Positions 1 through 9,349 of a stretch of 64,000 nt of DNA are shown here, piece after piece; position 1 is the stretch's first letter, and each line of letters begins with the position of its first letter. Location of the stretch: the NCBI GenBank assembly GCA_051532035.1, contig JAOPTW010000045.1:1-64000 (forward strand), in the 5' to 3' direction. The notes beneath the pieces are model-generated. The model made no database searches and was not told where the DNA came from. It saw nothing but the letters and a program-made list of their open reading frames with translations. A program made the translations under genes and the position numbers. Source of the DNA: Fibrobacterales bacterium. GTDB taxonomy: Bacteria; Fibrobacterota; Fibrobacteria; Fibrobacterales; JAOPTW01.

Positions 1-2
1 TG

Positions 3-401
3 GTTGGAGTCCTTTTTGTAGATCTGGATGGTTTCAAAAATATTAACGATTCCCATGGGCATACTGCGGGTGATGCTGTATTAAAAGCAGTAGCAGAGCG
101 CCTGAATGAATGTACTCGGAAAATTGATACTGTGGCGCGCGTGGGAGGAGATGAGTTTTTGGTTATTACCGGAGAAATGAGCTCTCCCAAAAATGCAGAA
201 CTTATTGCAGAAAAAATTATTAAACGATTAGTAGAGTCGGTTTATTATGAGGGCAAAGAAATATTTGTCGGTGCCAGTATAGGTATTGCAATTTATCCGG
301 ATAATGGGAGCACCAGTGAAGAGCTTTTAAAAACTGCTGACGATGCAATGTATACCGTCAAAAAATCCGGTAAAAACAATTACACTTTGGCAAAACCATA
401 A
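3..401 (+). CDS. GGDEF diguanylate cyclase, C-terminal part (5' end outside window)
   Basis: Frame open from nt 3: LFVDLDGFKNINDSHGHTAGD...RKID (I-site)...ARVGGDEF...SIGIA...ADDAMY. Confidence 0.95.
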   Translation, partial: VGVLFVDLDGFKNINDSHGHTAGDAVLKAVAERLNECTRKIDTVARVGGDEFLVITGEMSSPKNAELIAEKIIKRLVESVYYEGKEIFVGASIGIAIYPDNGSTSEELLKTADDAMYTVKKSGKNNYTLAKP

Positions 402-486
402 CATAATGTTAGATGCTTATATACAAGGTTTGATTGGAATTGCTCATGGTAAAAGTTGTTTTGGTATCAAAATTGAGTAGTTGATA

Positions 487-1287
487 ATGCTTTATAAATT
501 AATTGTATGCGTATGGTTTTTAATGATGTTTAATTCATGTGAATGGATTAGAGATGGGTTTACATTCTTCCCTGATCAAGAATCTAAGATAGATGAAGAA
601 AGCTTGCCGAGTCATATGATGAAAAGACAGATCGGTACCAGTGATGGTGAGTTGCTTGATGCCTTCTTTCTCAATAAAACTGATAGTGTCAATAAAAATC
701 TGGTGATTTACTTTCATGGTAATGCCGGCAATGTATATGATCGGCTTGAATATGCTGAGATTTTGTATCAAATGGGATATTCTGTATTATTAGTTAGTTA
801 TAGGGGTTATGCTGAAAGTTCTGGCTCGCCTAGTGAAAGTGGAATTTATTTGGATGGTGAATCTGCACTAAAATATGCAATGGATTCCTTAAAATTTGAT
901 TTAAGAAATATTACGATTTTTGGAAGGTCACTTGGAACAACAGTGGCTGTGAATACTGCTCAAAATAAAAAATTGAAAGGCGTTATTCTTGTTTCTCCGT
1001 TAGTTTCAGGAAAAGAAATGGCTAAACGTATGATTCCAGGAATATCATCACTTGCAGGTGATTCGTATAATTCGATAGGCAAGATACATAACCTTACATC
1101 AAAGTTGCTGATTATTCATGGTAGTACTGATAGGGCAATTCCAATTTCTATGGGTAAGGAACTATTTGAAGCATTTTCTGGAGAAAAATATTTTGTTGAA
1201 ATAGAAGGTGGAGGACATAATAATTTACAAGACGTGGATTATAATAAATATTGGGGTAGTGTAAGGACATTTGTGGGATCACCTTGA
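487..1287 (+). CDS. Alpha/beta hydrolase (Bem46/ABHD13-like), probable lipoprotein
   Basis: YFHGNAG, SYRGY, nucleophile motif GRSLG, IIHGSTD, GGGHN; N-terminal hydrophobic stretch ending FNSC. Confidence 0.9.
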   Translation: MLYKLIVCVWFLMMFNSCEWIRDGFTFFPDQESKIDEESLPSHMMKRQIGTSDGELLDAFFLNKTDSVNKNLVIYFHGNAGNVYDRLEYAEILYQMGYSVLLVSYRGYAESSGSPSESGIYLDGESALKYAMDSLKFDLRNITIFGRSLGTTVAVNTAQNKKLKGVILVSPLVSGKEMAKRMIPGISSLAGDSYNSIGKIHNLTSKLLIIHGSTDRAIPISMGKELFEAFSGEKYFVEIEGGGHNNLQDVDYNKYWGSVRTFVGSP

Positions 1288-1396
1288 ATTAAGCAAAGTA
1301 GGCAGTGTACTGATTGAGAACCAGTATATTGCTGTTGGCATCTATTGATGAAATTGGTATTTTGTATGGTATAGACATAAACTTACCTATTATCTA

Positions 1397-1765
1397 ATGA
1401 AATATTTATTTACTGCACTACTACTACTACTACTAATTATGGGATGCACTGGCGAATCCCGAAAAAGATCTCGCCATGTATTTTCAGACATTTGCATTGA
1501 ATCATCTTACATTATTTCAGAAATCAATCTAAGTAAATCAAGAATGAATATGTTTATAATCAGTCAAGATTCTGCATTAGTAACACAAGAGAAAATAATT
1601 ATCAAACAACAACTCTTAAGATTAAAGCCTTATCAAAGTAAATGTCCAAAAGCAGAAGAAACCATAAAAGAAATGGAAACCTCAAATAATTCCGGTTCAA
1701 ACGCAGGGTATAAGAAACCGTTGGAGTGGGTAGTTGTAAATACCCATACAATAGATAGTCACTAA
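1397..1765 (+). CDS. Hypothetical lipoprotein
   Basis: MKY + Leu-rich h-region + IMGC lipobox. Confidence 0.7.
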   Translation: MKYLFTALLLLLLIMGCTGESRKRSRHVFSDICIESSYIISEINLSKSRMNMFIISQDSALVTQEKIIIKQQLLRLKPYQSKCPKAEETIKEMETSNNSGSNAGYKKPLEWVVVNTHTIDSH

Positions 1766-1851
1766 GCGTTCCAATTTATCTATTTTATGAACATCCGCAA
1801 TTACGCTATACTCAACCGATATTTGCCGAATTCTCACCTTTAGGATAATCT

Positions 1852-2010
1852 ATGAATTGGTCTGAAATATCCCTTAAAAAACTCAGTAGTTACATCACCG
1901 AATTTGAAAGTGATATGAATGAAGAATATTTAAACTGGTGGAACATGATAAGAATTTAGCCAGTAAAATGGAAAGAAGATTCTTATGGAAAGGCAGATGG
2001 TAAAAGTTAA
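1852..2010 (+). pseudogene. Remnant of a small hypothetical protein with internal TAG, truncated
   Basis: AGGA upstream; MNWSEISLKKL...LNWWNMIRI*PVKWKEDSYG; in-frame TAG at 1957-1959; ends 2 nt before the next gene. Confidence 0.5.
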
Positions 2011-2012
2011 GA

Positions 2013-3491
2013 ATGAAAAATAAAGATAATCACTGGACTATTTGCTCTGAATGTCAGGGGCAAGGCCAAAAAAATCACAGGCCTCGCAACAGAATAAGGC
2101 CACGCAAGAAGAGAAAATTGGATCGATTAGAAAACACTCAGATCGATGAGAAGCCTCCCGCACCTTCCACGCACCACTTGATTAAATGTTTAGACTGTGA
2201 AGGGTCTGGCTTGGTTCGTTGTGCTACTCAACGTCTTCCTGATACAGAAAACTACCCCCATGTTGCCATCATTGGCGGAGGGATAGGTGGCGTCGCACTC
2301 GCAGTGGCTTGTTTACACCGCGGCATCCCCTTTACTCTTTATGAACGCGATAGCGGCTTTAATGAACGCTCTCAGGGCTATGGACTTACTCTGCAACAAG
2401 CGAGTAATGCCATCAAGGGATTAGGTATTGTTTCGTTACAAGATGGATTGGTTTCAACGAGACATGTTGTTCATGCTACCGATGGAAAAAAAGTCGCTGA
2501 ATGGGGAATCAGACTAATGGATCCGTCAAATACAAAAAAAACACCCAATCGCGTTAATGTACATATTGCTAGACAGACATTGCGCTTAGCTCTGCTTGAG
2601 CAACTGAGTGGTCAAGATGCAGTTCAGTGGGGGCATCAGTTGGTGGACTTTAAAAAAGGGGTGGATAATGGCGTTGCATTAAATTTTAAAGTGGGCGATG
2701 AGGACAAGAGCGTCAAAGCGGATCTTGTGGTAGGAGCAGATGGTATTCGGAGTACAGTGCGCAACTTATTGATGGGTGAGGACCTTTACCCGTTACGCTA
2801 CTTAGGGTGTATTGCGATATTAGGGATTTGCCCTATAGAAAACATTCTTGGCTCTGAAGGAATGGAAGAGTCAAAACGTTCTTTGTTAGACTCAGCCACG
2901 GTATTCCAAACTGCCAATGGCAATGAACGGATTTATATAATGCCTTATTCGTCCGACACGGTGATGTGGCAGTTGAGCTACCCTCTATCAGAAAAAGAGG
3001 CTGTGGCTTTGAGTGCTCAAGGGGCTCATGCACTCAAGCAAGAAGCGCTTCGACGATGTGAGTGGCATGACCCCGTTCCTCAAATTTTAGCCGGGACTCC
3101 GGAATCCCTGGTATCGGGGTATCCTGTGTATGATCGGGCCCTACTCCAGCCAGAATCGTTGGCCCAAGCCGATCAAATTACTCTGATTGGAGATGCAGCA
3201 CACCCGATGAGTCCCTTTAAAGGTCAGGGAGCTAATCAAGCTTTGCTGGATGCACTATCGTTGGCGCGGGGCATTACAAAAGGATGTATGCCCTTATCTG
3301 AGTGGAGGGATACAGGAGTGAGGAAAAGTGTGTTAACTGAATTTGAATTGGGAATGTTGGAACGCAGTGCTATCAAGGTGAAGCGATCAGCAGAGGCTGC
3401 AGAATTCTTACATTCCGATGTCGTGCTCTTTGAGGGCAACGAACCCAGAGGTCGGAGTTTACGCAGAGAAGAAAATAAAAAACCAAAATAA
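2013..3491 (+). CDS. FAD-dependent monooxygenase (UbiH/FAD_binding_3 type) with N-terminal CxxCxGxG zinc-finger pair
   Basis: GGGIGG Rossmann motif, DLVVGADGIRS, LIGDAAHPMSPFKGQGANQALLDA; CSECQGQG and CLDCEGSG at the N terminus. Confidence 0.9.
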   Translation: MKNKDNHWTICSECQGQGQKNHRPRNRIRPRKKRKLDRLENTQIDEKPPAPSTHHLIKCLDCEGSGLVRCATQRLPDTENYPHVAIIGGGIGGVALAVACLHRGIPFTLYERDSGFNERSQGYGLTLQQASNAIKGLGIVSLQDGLVSTRHVVHATDGKKVAEWGIRLMDPSNTKKTPNRVNVHIARQTLRLALLEQLSGQDAVQWGHQLVDFKKGVDNGVALNFKVGDEDKSVKADLVVGADGIRSTVRNLLMGEDLYPLRYLGCIAILGICPIENILGSEGMEESKRSLLDSATVFQTANGNERIYIMPYSSDTVMWQLSYPLSEKEAVALSAQGAHALKQEALRRCEWHDPVPQILAGTPESLVSGYPVYDRALLQPESLAQADQITLIGDAAHPMSPFKGQGANQALLDALSLARGITKGCMPLSEWRDTGVRKSVLTEFELGMLERSAIKVKRSAEAAEFLHSDVVLFEGNEPRGRSLRREENKKPK

Positions 3492-3922
3492 TTTACTCCC
3501 TACCACTCAGGCATAATTATTTCACGTTGTTCTTAGCTACCAGTTTTTAATTAATGCATCAAAAAACATCATGAATATAGGTTTTATTGGATTTTTGATT
3601 GGACTTGTTTTATCGCTTTCGAGTATGAGCAAGATGCCCGATTCATTACCACTCCAACTCATTATATGCACTAATAATTAAAATATTTATTTTAGAGGTA
3701 TTTACTTCAAAGAGAAAATAATCATCTCCAAAGTATAGTTATGCGTGGGCTATTAGCTCAGCTAACCAACCGTTGCAAAATAAATGATACACAATGTACA
3801 CTAGAGTGAAGTATACATTGCTCGTCTATTATTTTTTAAGGTAGGTGAGCGGTGTGGTTTAAGGGGTAGGTGAATGTAATGCATGCATGGTATACATTTT
3901 GTCATAGAGCTTTTTACTGTAT

Positions 3923-4453
3923 CTATATACACTCTTCTGCACATTCAACAATTTCTTCATTACACTCTTGCCAACATTCTATATATCCTGTCATATCATC
4001 TGCGTTTTCCCACTCATCTTCACAATTCCAATTGCAGTCAAATTTATCACTATCGCATCCCAAGCTACACATATATGTTGTTTCATCACCCTGACAGCGA
4101 TTTAATTCCGCCGCACAATCCATCAAGCAACTTTTTTCATCATCACATTTCGTTGCGCAATTTAGGAGTACTACTGCACAAGGACACCCCCCAGTACACA
4201 TCACAAAATCTTCACTAGGGCCATATTCGATTTCTTCGCAGTCTTGAATACAACTCCTATCATCTGGATTATCACAATCTTCTAAGCATTCCTCGGCCTT
4301 ACTTATAGATTTGGGAATATCTGAAGCAAATGTTTCTGAACAGCTCAGTTCGCATTGATAATTATCAGGTGCTTCTTTATCATCACCAATACATCCCATC
4401 AAAAAAATCACTGAAAGAATAAATAATAAACTAGATAACTTTAAATTGTACAT
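3923..4453 (-). CDS. Acidic Cys-rich (CX3C repeat) lipoprotein
   Basis: LMGC lipobox; ten CX3C motifs; GAGAG purine run upstream. Confidence 0.85.
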   Translation of the reverse strand: MYNLKLSSLLFILSVIFLMGCIGDDKEAPDNYQCELSCSETFASDIPKSISKAEECLEDCDNPDDRSCIQDCEEIEYGPSEDFVMCTGGCPCAVVLLNCATKCDDEKSCLMDCAAELNRCQGDETTYMCSLGCDSDKFDCNWNCEDEWENADDMTGYIECWQECNEEIVECAEECI

Positions 4454-4662
4454 CCCAATCTCTCTATAAATAATTGTATGATTGAAAACGTATTAAAAAA
4501 GAGTTTACTTTTAAAGATGGTCAGTGTTTAGTAAGGTATAATGAGCTGATCACGTTTATATGGTTTTATTTCAATAAGAATACGCCATTTACCTGTCACC
4601 CCAAGTCCAATAGCATACATTGAGTCGCCTTAATCTGTTCATAAAGCATTTTGAATAATCTA

Positions 4663-5403
4663 TTAAAAAAGACCTTTCCAGAGAGGGGTTTCAGAAATGG
4701 CAATATAGAATGCATTGTCTATTGCTATTTCCCAGTCTTTTTTAGTAAGATCATCACTCAGCTTAGTAAAGCCATTTGATGAACCATATGTTACAATGTC
4801 GTCTTTTACATAGTCATAGACCATATAATCAAAATAGATATTAAATATTGTTGTTATTACTTCTTGACCACCCCCATACGTAGTCGTATGGCCGTTATTA
4901 TCCACGCTATGAGTAGGAGTTGTAATTTCAAATTCTTCCTCAGTCAATATGACTACCTTATTAATAAAGAGAACAAAGCTATTGTTTAAAGTAACTATTG
5001 CACCTTTCTTTGGTATGGTAAAAGCATAGGGGTGTCTCTTGTTTCGCTTGTCGCCTCTAACTTTAATTGATTCGAATTCAGCGGGAATCTCATCTGTAGT
5101 AAGGTTGCCCCGAGGGCCTTCATACTCAACCTTTGGGAGATGCTTAATAATAAAGGTATTAAGGGTATCTCTAAATGCAGGTTTCCATGCAGAATCATGT
5201 GGTTGTAGATCATACGTTTTGAGCCACTCGCTGTAGGCATATTGTTTGATACTCATAGAATCTGCGGGGAAAATATAGAGCGGTTGATTGGGCTGGGGTG
5301 CGTATGTATAGTTTACATTTTTGGGTGCAGCTCTAAAAGTACAATTCGTATAGAGTGCGAGAACTAAAGCAAATAAAATAAATTTAAATATAGTTTTGAA
5401 CAT
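4663..5403 (-). CDS. Hypothetical lipoprotein (paralog of 5414..6115 and 36927..37634)
   Basis: Signal ending YTNC; C-terminal VYDYVKDDIVTYG...KKDWE motif. Confidence 0.8.
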   Translation of the reverse strand: MFKTIFKFILFALVLALYTNCTFRAAPKNVNYTYAPQPNQPLYIFPADSMSIKQYAYSEWLKTYDLQPHDSAWKPAFRDTLNTFIIKHLPKVEYEGPRGNLTTDEIPAEFESIKVRGDKRNKRHPYAFTIPKKGAIVTLNNSFVLFINKVVILTEEEFEITTPTHSVDNNGHTTTYGGGQEVITTIFNIYFDYMVYDYVKDDIVTYGSSNGFTKLSDDLTKKDWEIAIDNAFYIAISETPLWKGLF

Positions 5404-5413
5404 AGTTGGTTCC

Positions 5414-6115
5414 TTAAAAGTTTATCGAGCTCAGTACTCTTTTGGTACTGTTCAAAAGGAGGTCTTCCCAGTCACTCTTATTAATGAAAAAATTGGCGCT
5501 CTCATGACGCTGTACCTTACCATAGGAGACATACTTTTTACTTGAGTAATCGTACAGTAAAAACTTAAAGGACAATGAGAAGTCTTGACCGGGTAAAAAG
5601 GAGTGAAATGTGCTGCTCTTTCTATGCTCATTTCCATTTTCCTTCGCTCTGCGATATTCATAATTTTTAATTTCATGAGCGTATCCAAACTTGATGTCAG
5701 ATATATAGAGTGCTAATGCCGATTCAGTGATATTTGATGAGCCGTCTTTTATAATATTCATTGCAAAGGGAATAGTATTAAAAGTGTTTGGCTGGCGTAT
5801 TGTGGTAAATTTAACATCCTCCAACTGTTCTTTTGTTGGTAATGAAACCTTTCTATTAGGGTAGATGGATTTTGCGTGCTTTAAGAGATACTTATTTACT
5901 GTATCGGCAGCAAGTTGCATGAGGTCACCCTCTTCTTGAGATAGATTAAAACATTTTTCAAAGTCAAGTTTTGCAAACATTGAGAAATCTTTTGCTTGAA
6001 CAGGGTAAATCCATATTTCTTGTTGAGGTTTAGGGGAGTATTCAGGGTTTGTATAAAATCGTCCCATGCTACAGCTCGTAAGTATGAGCAAGAGGATACA
6101 GAAAATTAAGTGCAT
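5414..6115 (-). CDS. Hypothetical lipoprotein (start uncertain, ORF open to 6163)
   Basis: LTSC lipobox; C-terminal LYDYSSKKYVSYG...KSDWE motif shared with the neighbour. Confidence 0.8.
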   Translation of the reverse strand: MHLIFCILLLILTSCSMGRFYTNPEYSPKPQQEIWIYPVQAKDFSMFAKLDFEKCFNLSQEEGDLMQLAADTVNKYLLKHAKSIYPNRKVSLPTKEQLEDVKFTTIRQPNTFNTIPFAMNIIKDGSSNITESALALYISDIKFGYAHEIKNYEYRRAKENGNEHRKSSTFHSFLPGQDFSLSFKFLLYDYSSKKYVSYGKVQRHESANFFINKSDWEDLLLNSTKRVLSSINF

Positions 6116-6347
6116 TGGATACATTATAGTACTCATTGGTAAGGGGGTGGGGGAAATATACATAAAGATACTGGGTGCTCAATAGGATAAGCCTTGTAGA
6201 AATCATATTGTAGAATGTTTATAGGAGTCTCACCTGTTGTGCTTACAAAAAGAAAGCATTGAAACAGCAAGCAAGTATTTGCCAAAAAAGTAATTACTCG
6301 CCTTCGCTCAAACATTAATTATTTTTTCGTCAAACACCTGAGGAATC

Positions 6348-6752
6348 ATGCAATTTAACAGTTTAATACCTGAACTACTGGTATCTGATATCAATAAAAG
6401 CCTTGCCTTTTACACAAGCCTTTTAGAATTCGAAATTTTGTTTGATAGAAAACATGAAGGCTTCTATTTCTTAAACAAAGAAGGAAGCCAGCTAATGATC
6501 AACGAACTTAAAGAAGACTCTTGGGTAAATGGCAAAATTTCTCACCCTTTTGGACAGGGAATGCATTTAACATTTAAGGTTTCTGACATTAGTTCGCTCA
6601 TAAAAGACGAGTTAAAAGATTCAATGTATCTTGATTTGTTTGAAACAAAATATGACGTTGCAGATGGTCAAGCAACTCTGAAGGAAATGATATACAAAGA
6701 TCCCGATGGCTATTTAATTCGTTTCGTACAACAAGTACTCGTTCAGGAGTAA
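6348..6752 (+). CDS. VOC/glyoxalase (bleomycin-resistance-like) family protein
   Basis: LIPELLVSDINKSLAFYT...PFGQGM...DPDGYLIRF; GAGG SD. Confidence 0.9.
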   Translation: MQFNSLIPELLVSDINKSLAFYTSLLEFEILFDRKHEGFYFLNKEGSQLMINELKEDSWVNGKISHPFGQGMHLTFKVSDISSLIKDELKDSMYLDLFETKYDVADGQATLKEMIYKDPDGYLIRFVQQVLVQE

Positions 6753-6912
6753 AATGACTCGCAGTAATAGTTGGATTTGAAATATCATTGCATCTATCAA
6801 CTGTGGTCTTAGTGTTGCTATACAGACCTATAGTGGCTATTGTAGTTTTTTTTTAGGCATGACAAGCGTTGCGGAAGTATCTATTTTGAGTATTTACCCC
6901 AGGACACATATA

Positions 6913-8994
6913 ATGCGTATATTAAGTAAGCTTTTCGTTGGGCTATTGATCTTTTTGGGATGTTCAGAAAATACTTCTGATGAGTTAGGAATGGGGCCAA
7001 AAGGGCCGGGGGACAGTATATCGTCATCGGGTGTGTCTGGTGGATTAGGTACAGGAGTGAGCAGCAGTCTCACGGCACCTGATACCAATGACTTGTATAT
7101 TAAGAGAAATGTCTGTAAAAATGAGAGCAAATGTGAGTATGATCTAAAGAACACCAGATCGTTTATCTGTTTAGGCAGCTCAAGAACTTCAAGCCAAGGG
7201 TGCCCTGTTGGTGCCAAGTATGCGTGTCGTGATGAGAGCTATGTTGGACTTTACTATGTGTATGATCCAGTGTGTGAAGGGGGAACTCTTGAAGTACTCG
7301 ATGCAGAATGGGTTGAGGAGATGCGGGTTCAAGATTCCATTGAGAATGTGATTGATTCTACTGATGCCTCACATGTTATTGGTCTTTTTTGGGCTAAGGA
7401 CTCTCTGAGTGACTCCCTACAGTACAATGTTATCGTGCCCTTTCTTGAGGCGGGAGTCAATGTAGATTCCTGTATGAATATTTTAAATATATTGAGTCAC
7501 TTAATTGAGCTTCGCGCTGATTCTGCGGTATTTGATCGTGCAGTTAAGAATTCAACCGACTTGAACAAGCAGAGAATGTGGAATAAAAACCCGATGCATT
7601 GGGCAATTGATGAGGGGGATACTCTCTATATGGAAATTCTGATAAATAATGGACTTGATGTTACAGATACAGCAAACCAGTATCTTGAGTATGCAGCTAC
7701 CGAAGTAGATTCATCAGGAGAGACGGTTAAATACCTGATACAAAAAGGTGCTCCTCTCCATTTTAAACATGATATCTATTCCCGTATATCCAGTGGAGCC
7801 AGCATGAGTGTATTAAATATGATCAATGGTGGTATTGCATTTGATGATCCTAGCCGTTTAGGAGGGCACCCGATCTTTGCGGCACTTGCAAATGGACATA
7901 CTGGAGTAGCCCGGACATTACTGAAAAATATGCATGATTCAATAATGTTTGTACGCTCTACTGAGGATTTGAGTACACCATTTGATCTGGCAGTAATGTC
8001 GGGGGATACCTTTATAGTAAACGAGTTTATCCAGAGGGGAGTGCATCCGGATTCTTCAATGATGCAGCGCCCCCCGTTAACTCTGGCAATTAAAGAGCGT
8101 GATAGGGCAATGGTTAACCTGTTGATACGTAATGGAGGAACTCCCGGGTATGCAACGTCCGTGGCTCAGCATGCCCCCATGTATGTCGCAGTTAAGAATG
8201 GTATCGGATTGTATCCCTCTGAAAAACGTGAGCAATTAGATATTGTATCGGACCTGCTTGAGGCGGGAATTGATAAGAATGTCTCTTGGGGTGATACCAC
8301 ACTGTTCACTCTGGCAATTGAGCGCGACTCCTCACATATCTTTTCACTGCTTCTTGATAGTGGAGTAGCATTTTCTCAAACTCCGGATGACAGTATTGCC
8401 TCTATGGAAGCGATACTGACTAAATATAAGAAGAAGCGTATTGATGATGGATTTTTACGGCATACTATAGAGCATCTCAATCTTCCCGGAGACTATGTAT
8501 TGGAACATCTTGAGTTACCTTTAATCATTAAGGCTATTGTTACCGATTCAGTTACTGTAGATGGGCTTCTGCAGTCGGGGGGAGACATAAATAGTGAAAC
8601 TCCTGGAGGTACTACAGTTTTCATAAGTTATATGACCATAGGAGGAGGAGTTAATCTTTCTTACTTGGTGTCTCGTGGCTTGAATCTTGAAAATCCAAAA
8701 AACTGGAAGTATCCATTTATAGATAATAGAGATATATGGTTTGAACAATTGGTAGAAGAAGGTATGGACCTCAATGCTGTTGATACTGCGACAGGATATA
8801 CTCCATTCTCTTATGCTGTTTCTAAACGCTGCCCTTTTACATTTGATTTTACTCAAGGGATGATTGATAGCGGAGCTGATGTTTCTGTAGTGAATAACGA
8901 AGGGAAAACAGTTTTGGATATTGCCTACGAAGTAAACATGTTTGACGAGGTCATTGATATGCTTATTGAGGCAGGTGCTGACGTTTCACCTTAA
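6913..8994 (+). CDS. Ankyrin-repeat lipoprotein with Ser/Gly linker and small Cys-rich N-domain
   Basis: FLGC lipobox; repeated TPL/PxxxA...L+xxGAD motifs (NPMHWAI, TPFDLAV, PPLTLAI, TPFSYAV, GKTVLDIA). Confidence 0.9.
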   Translation: MRILSKLFVGLLIFLGCSENTSDELGMGPKGPGDSISSSGVSGGLGTGVSSSLTAPDTNDLYIKRNVCKNESKCEYDLKNTRSFICLGSSRTSSQGCPVGAKYACRDESYVGLYYVYDPVCEGGTLEVLDAEWVEEMRVQDSIENVIDSTDASHVIGLFWAKDSLSDSLQYNVIVPFLEAGVNVDSCMNILNILSHLIELRADSAVFDRAVKNSTDLNKQRMWNKNPMHWAIDEGDTLYMEILINNGLDVTDTANQYLEYAATEVDSSGETVKYLIQKGAPLHFKHDIYSRISSGASMSVLNMINGGIAFDDPSRLGGHPIFAALANGHTGVARTLLKNMHDSIMFVRSTEDLSTPFDLAVMSGDTFIVNEFIQRGVHPDSSMMQRPPLTLAIKERDRAMVNLLIRNGGTPGYATSVAQHAPMYVAVKNGIGLYPSEKREQLDIVSDLLEAGIDKNVSWGDTTLFTLAIERDSSHIFSLLLDSGVAFSQTPDDSIASMEAILTKYKKKRIDDGFLRHTIEHLNLPGDYVLEHLELPLIIKAIVTDSVTVDGLLQSGGDINSETPGGTTVFISYMTIGGGVNLSYLVSRGLNLENPKNWKYPFIDNRDIWFEQLVEEGMDLNAVDTATGYTPFSYAVSKRCPFTFDFTQGMIDSGADVSVVNNEGKTVLDIAYEVNMFDEVIDMLIEAGADVSP

Positions 8995-9001
8995 TTGGAG
9001 T

Positions 9002-9035
9002 AAACAGAGGCTGCTTAAAAAGCAGCCTCTGTTTT
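9002..9035. terminator. Bidirectional intrinsic terminator
   Basis: AAACAGAGGCTGCTT-aaa-AAGCAGCCTCTGTTT, 15-bp inverted repeat just after the ankyrin gene stop. Confidence 0.85.
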
Positions 9036-9058
9036 ATATAAAAAGTGTTGTTTTTATA

Positions 9059-9208
9059 CTATGGAAGTTGATCAGGTGAAGCTACAGTTATCCAACCATA
9101 TTTTGCTGGTTGATTTGGGTTTTCATACCATGCACCAACACAAGCTTTAATAGAAATGCTACCGTATTTTGGTGTGCCAACTGGGTTGTGAGCAATTATT
9201 TGACCCAT
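9059..9208 (-). CDS. Possible 49-aa small protein or gene remnant
   Basis: MGQIIAHNPVGTPKYGSISIKACVGAWYENPNQPAKYGWITVASPDQLP; GGAGG 13 nt upstream; converges on the 9002-9035 terminator. Confidence 0.3.
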   Translation of the reverse strand: MGQIIAHNPVGTPKYGSISIKACVGAWYENPNQPAKYGWITVASPDQLP

Positions 9209-9254
9209 GTTTAAATGTTGTCCTCCCCCTCACTATACCAGCGAATGCCCAAGT

Positions 9255-9282
9255 GTAACAATGAGTAACAATGAGTAACAAT
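9255..9282. repeat. 10-bp tandem repeat (GTAACAATGA x2.8)
   Basis: Directly visible upstream of 9350. Confidence 0.85.
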
Positions 9283-9349
9283 TGATAATTTCTCTTCTTA
9301 GAGCGCTCTATATTCTGTACATTTAACACAGAATTTAACAGAGCATCTC

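Noticed and set aside
3571..3681. 36-aa hydrophobic ORF (MNIGFIGFLIGLVLSL...)
   Set aside because: It has no SD or recognisable motif and is compatible with chance in T-rich DNA or a remnant.
396..3785. Integron attC sites among the short accessory genes (CCATAAC..GTTAGAT near 396-414; GTTATGC and GCTAAC near 3738-3768)
   Set aside because: The core-like heptamers lack paired L boxes and proper length, gene orientations are mixed, and no integrase is present.
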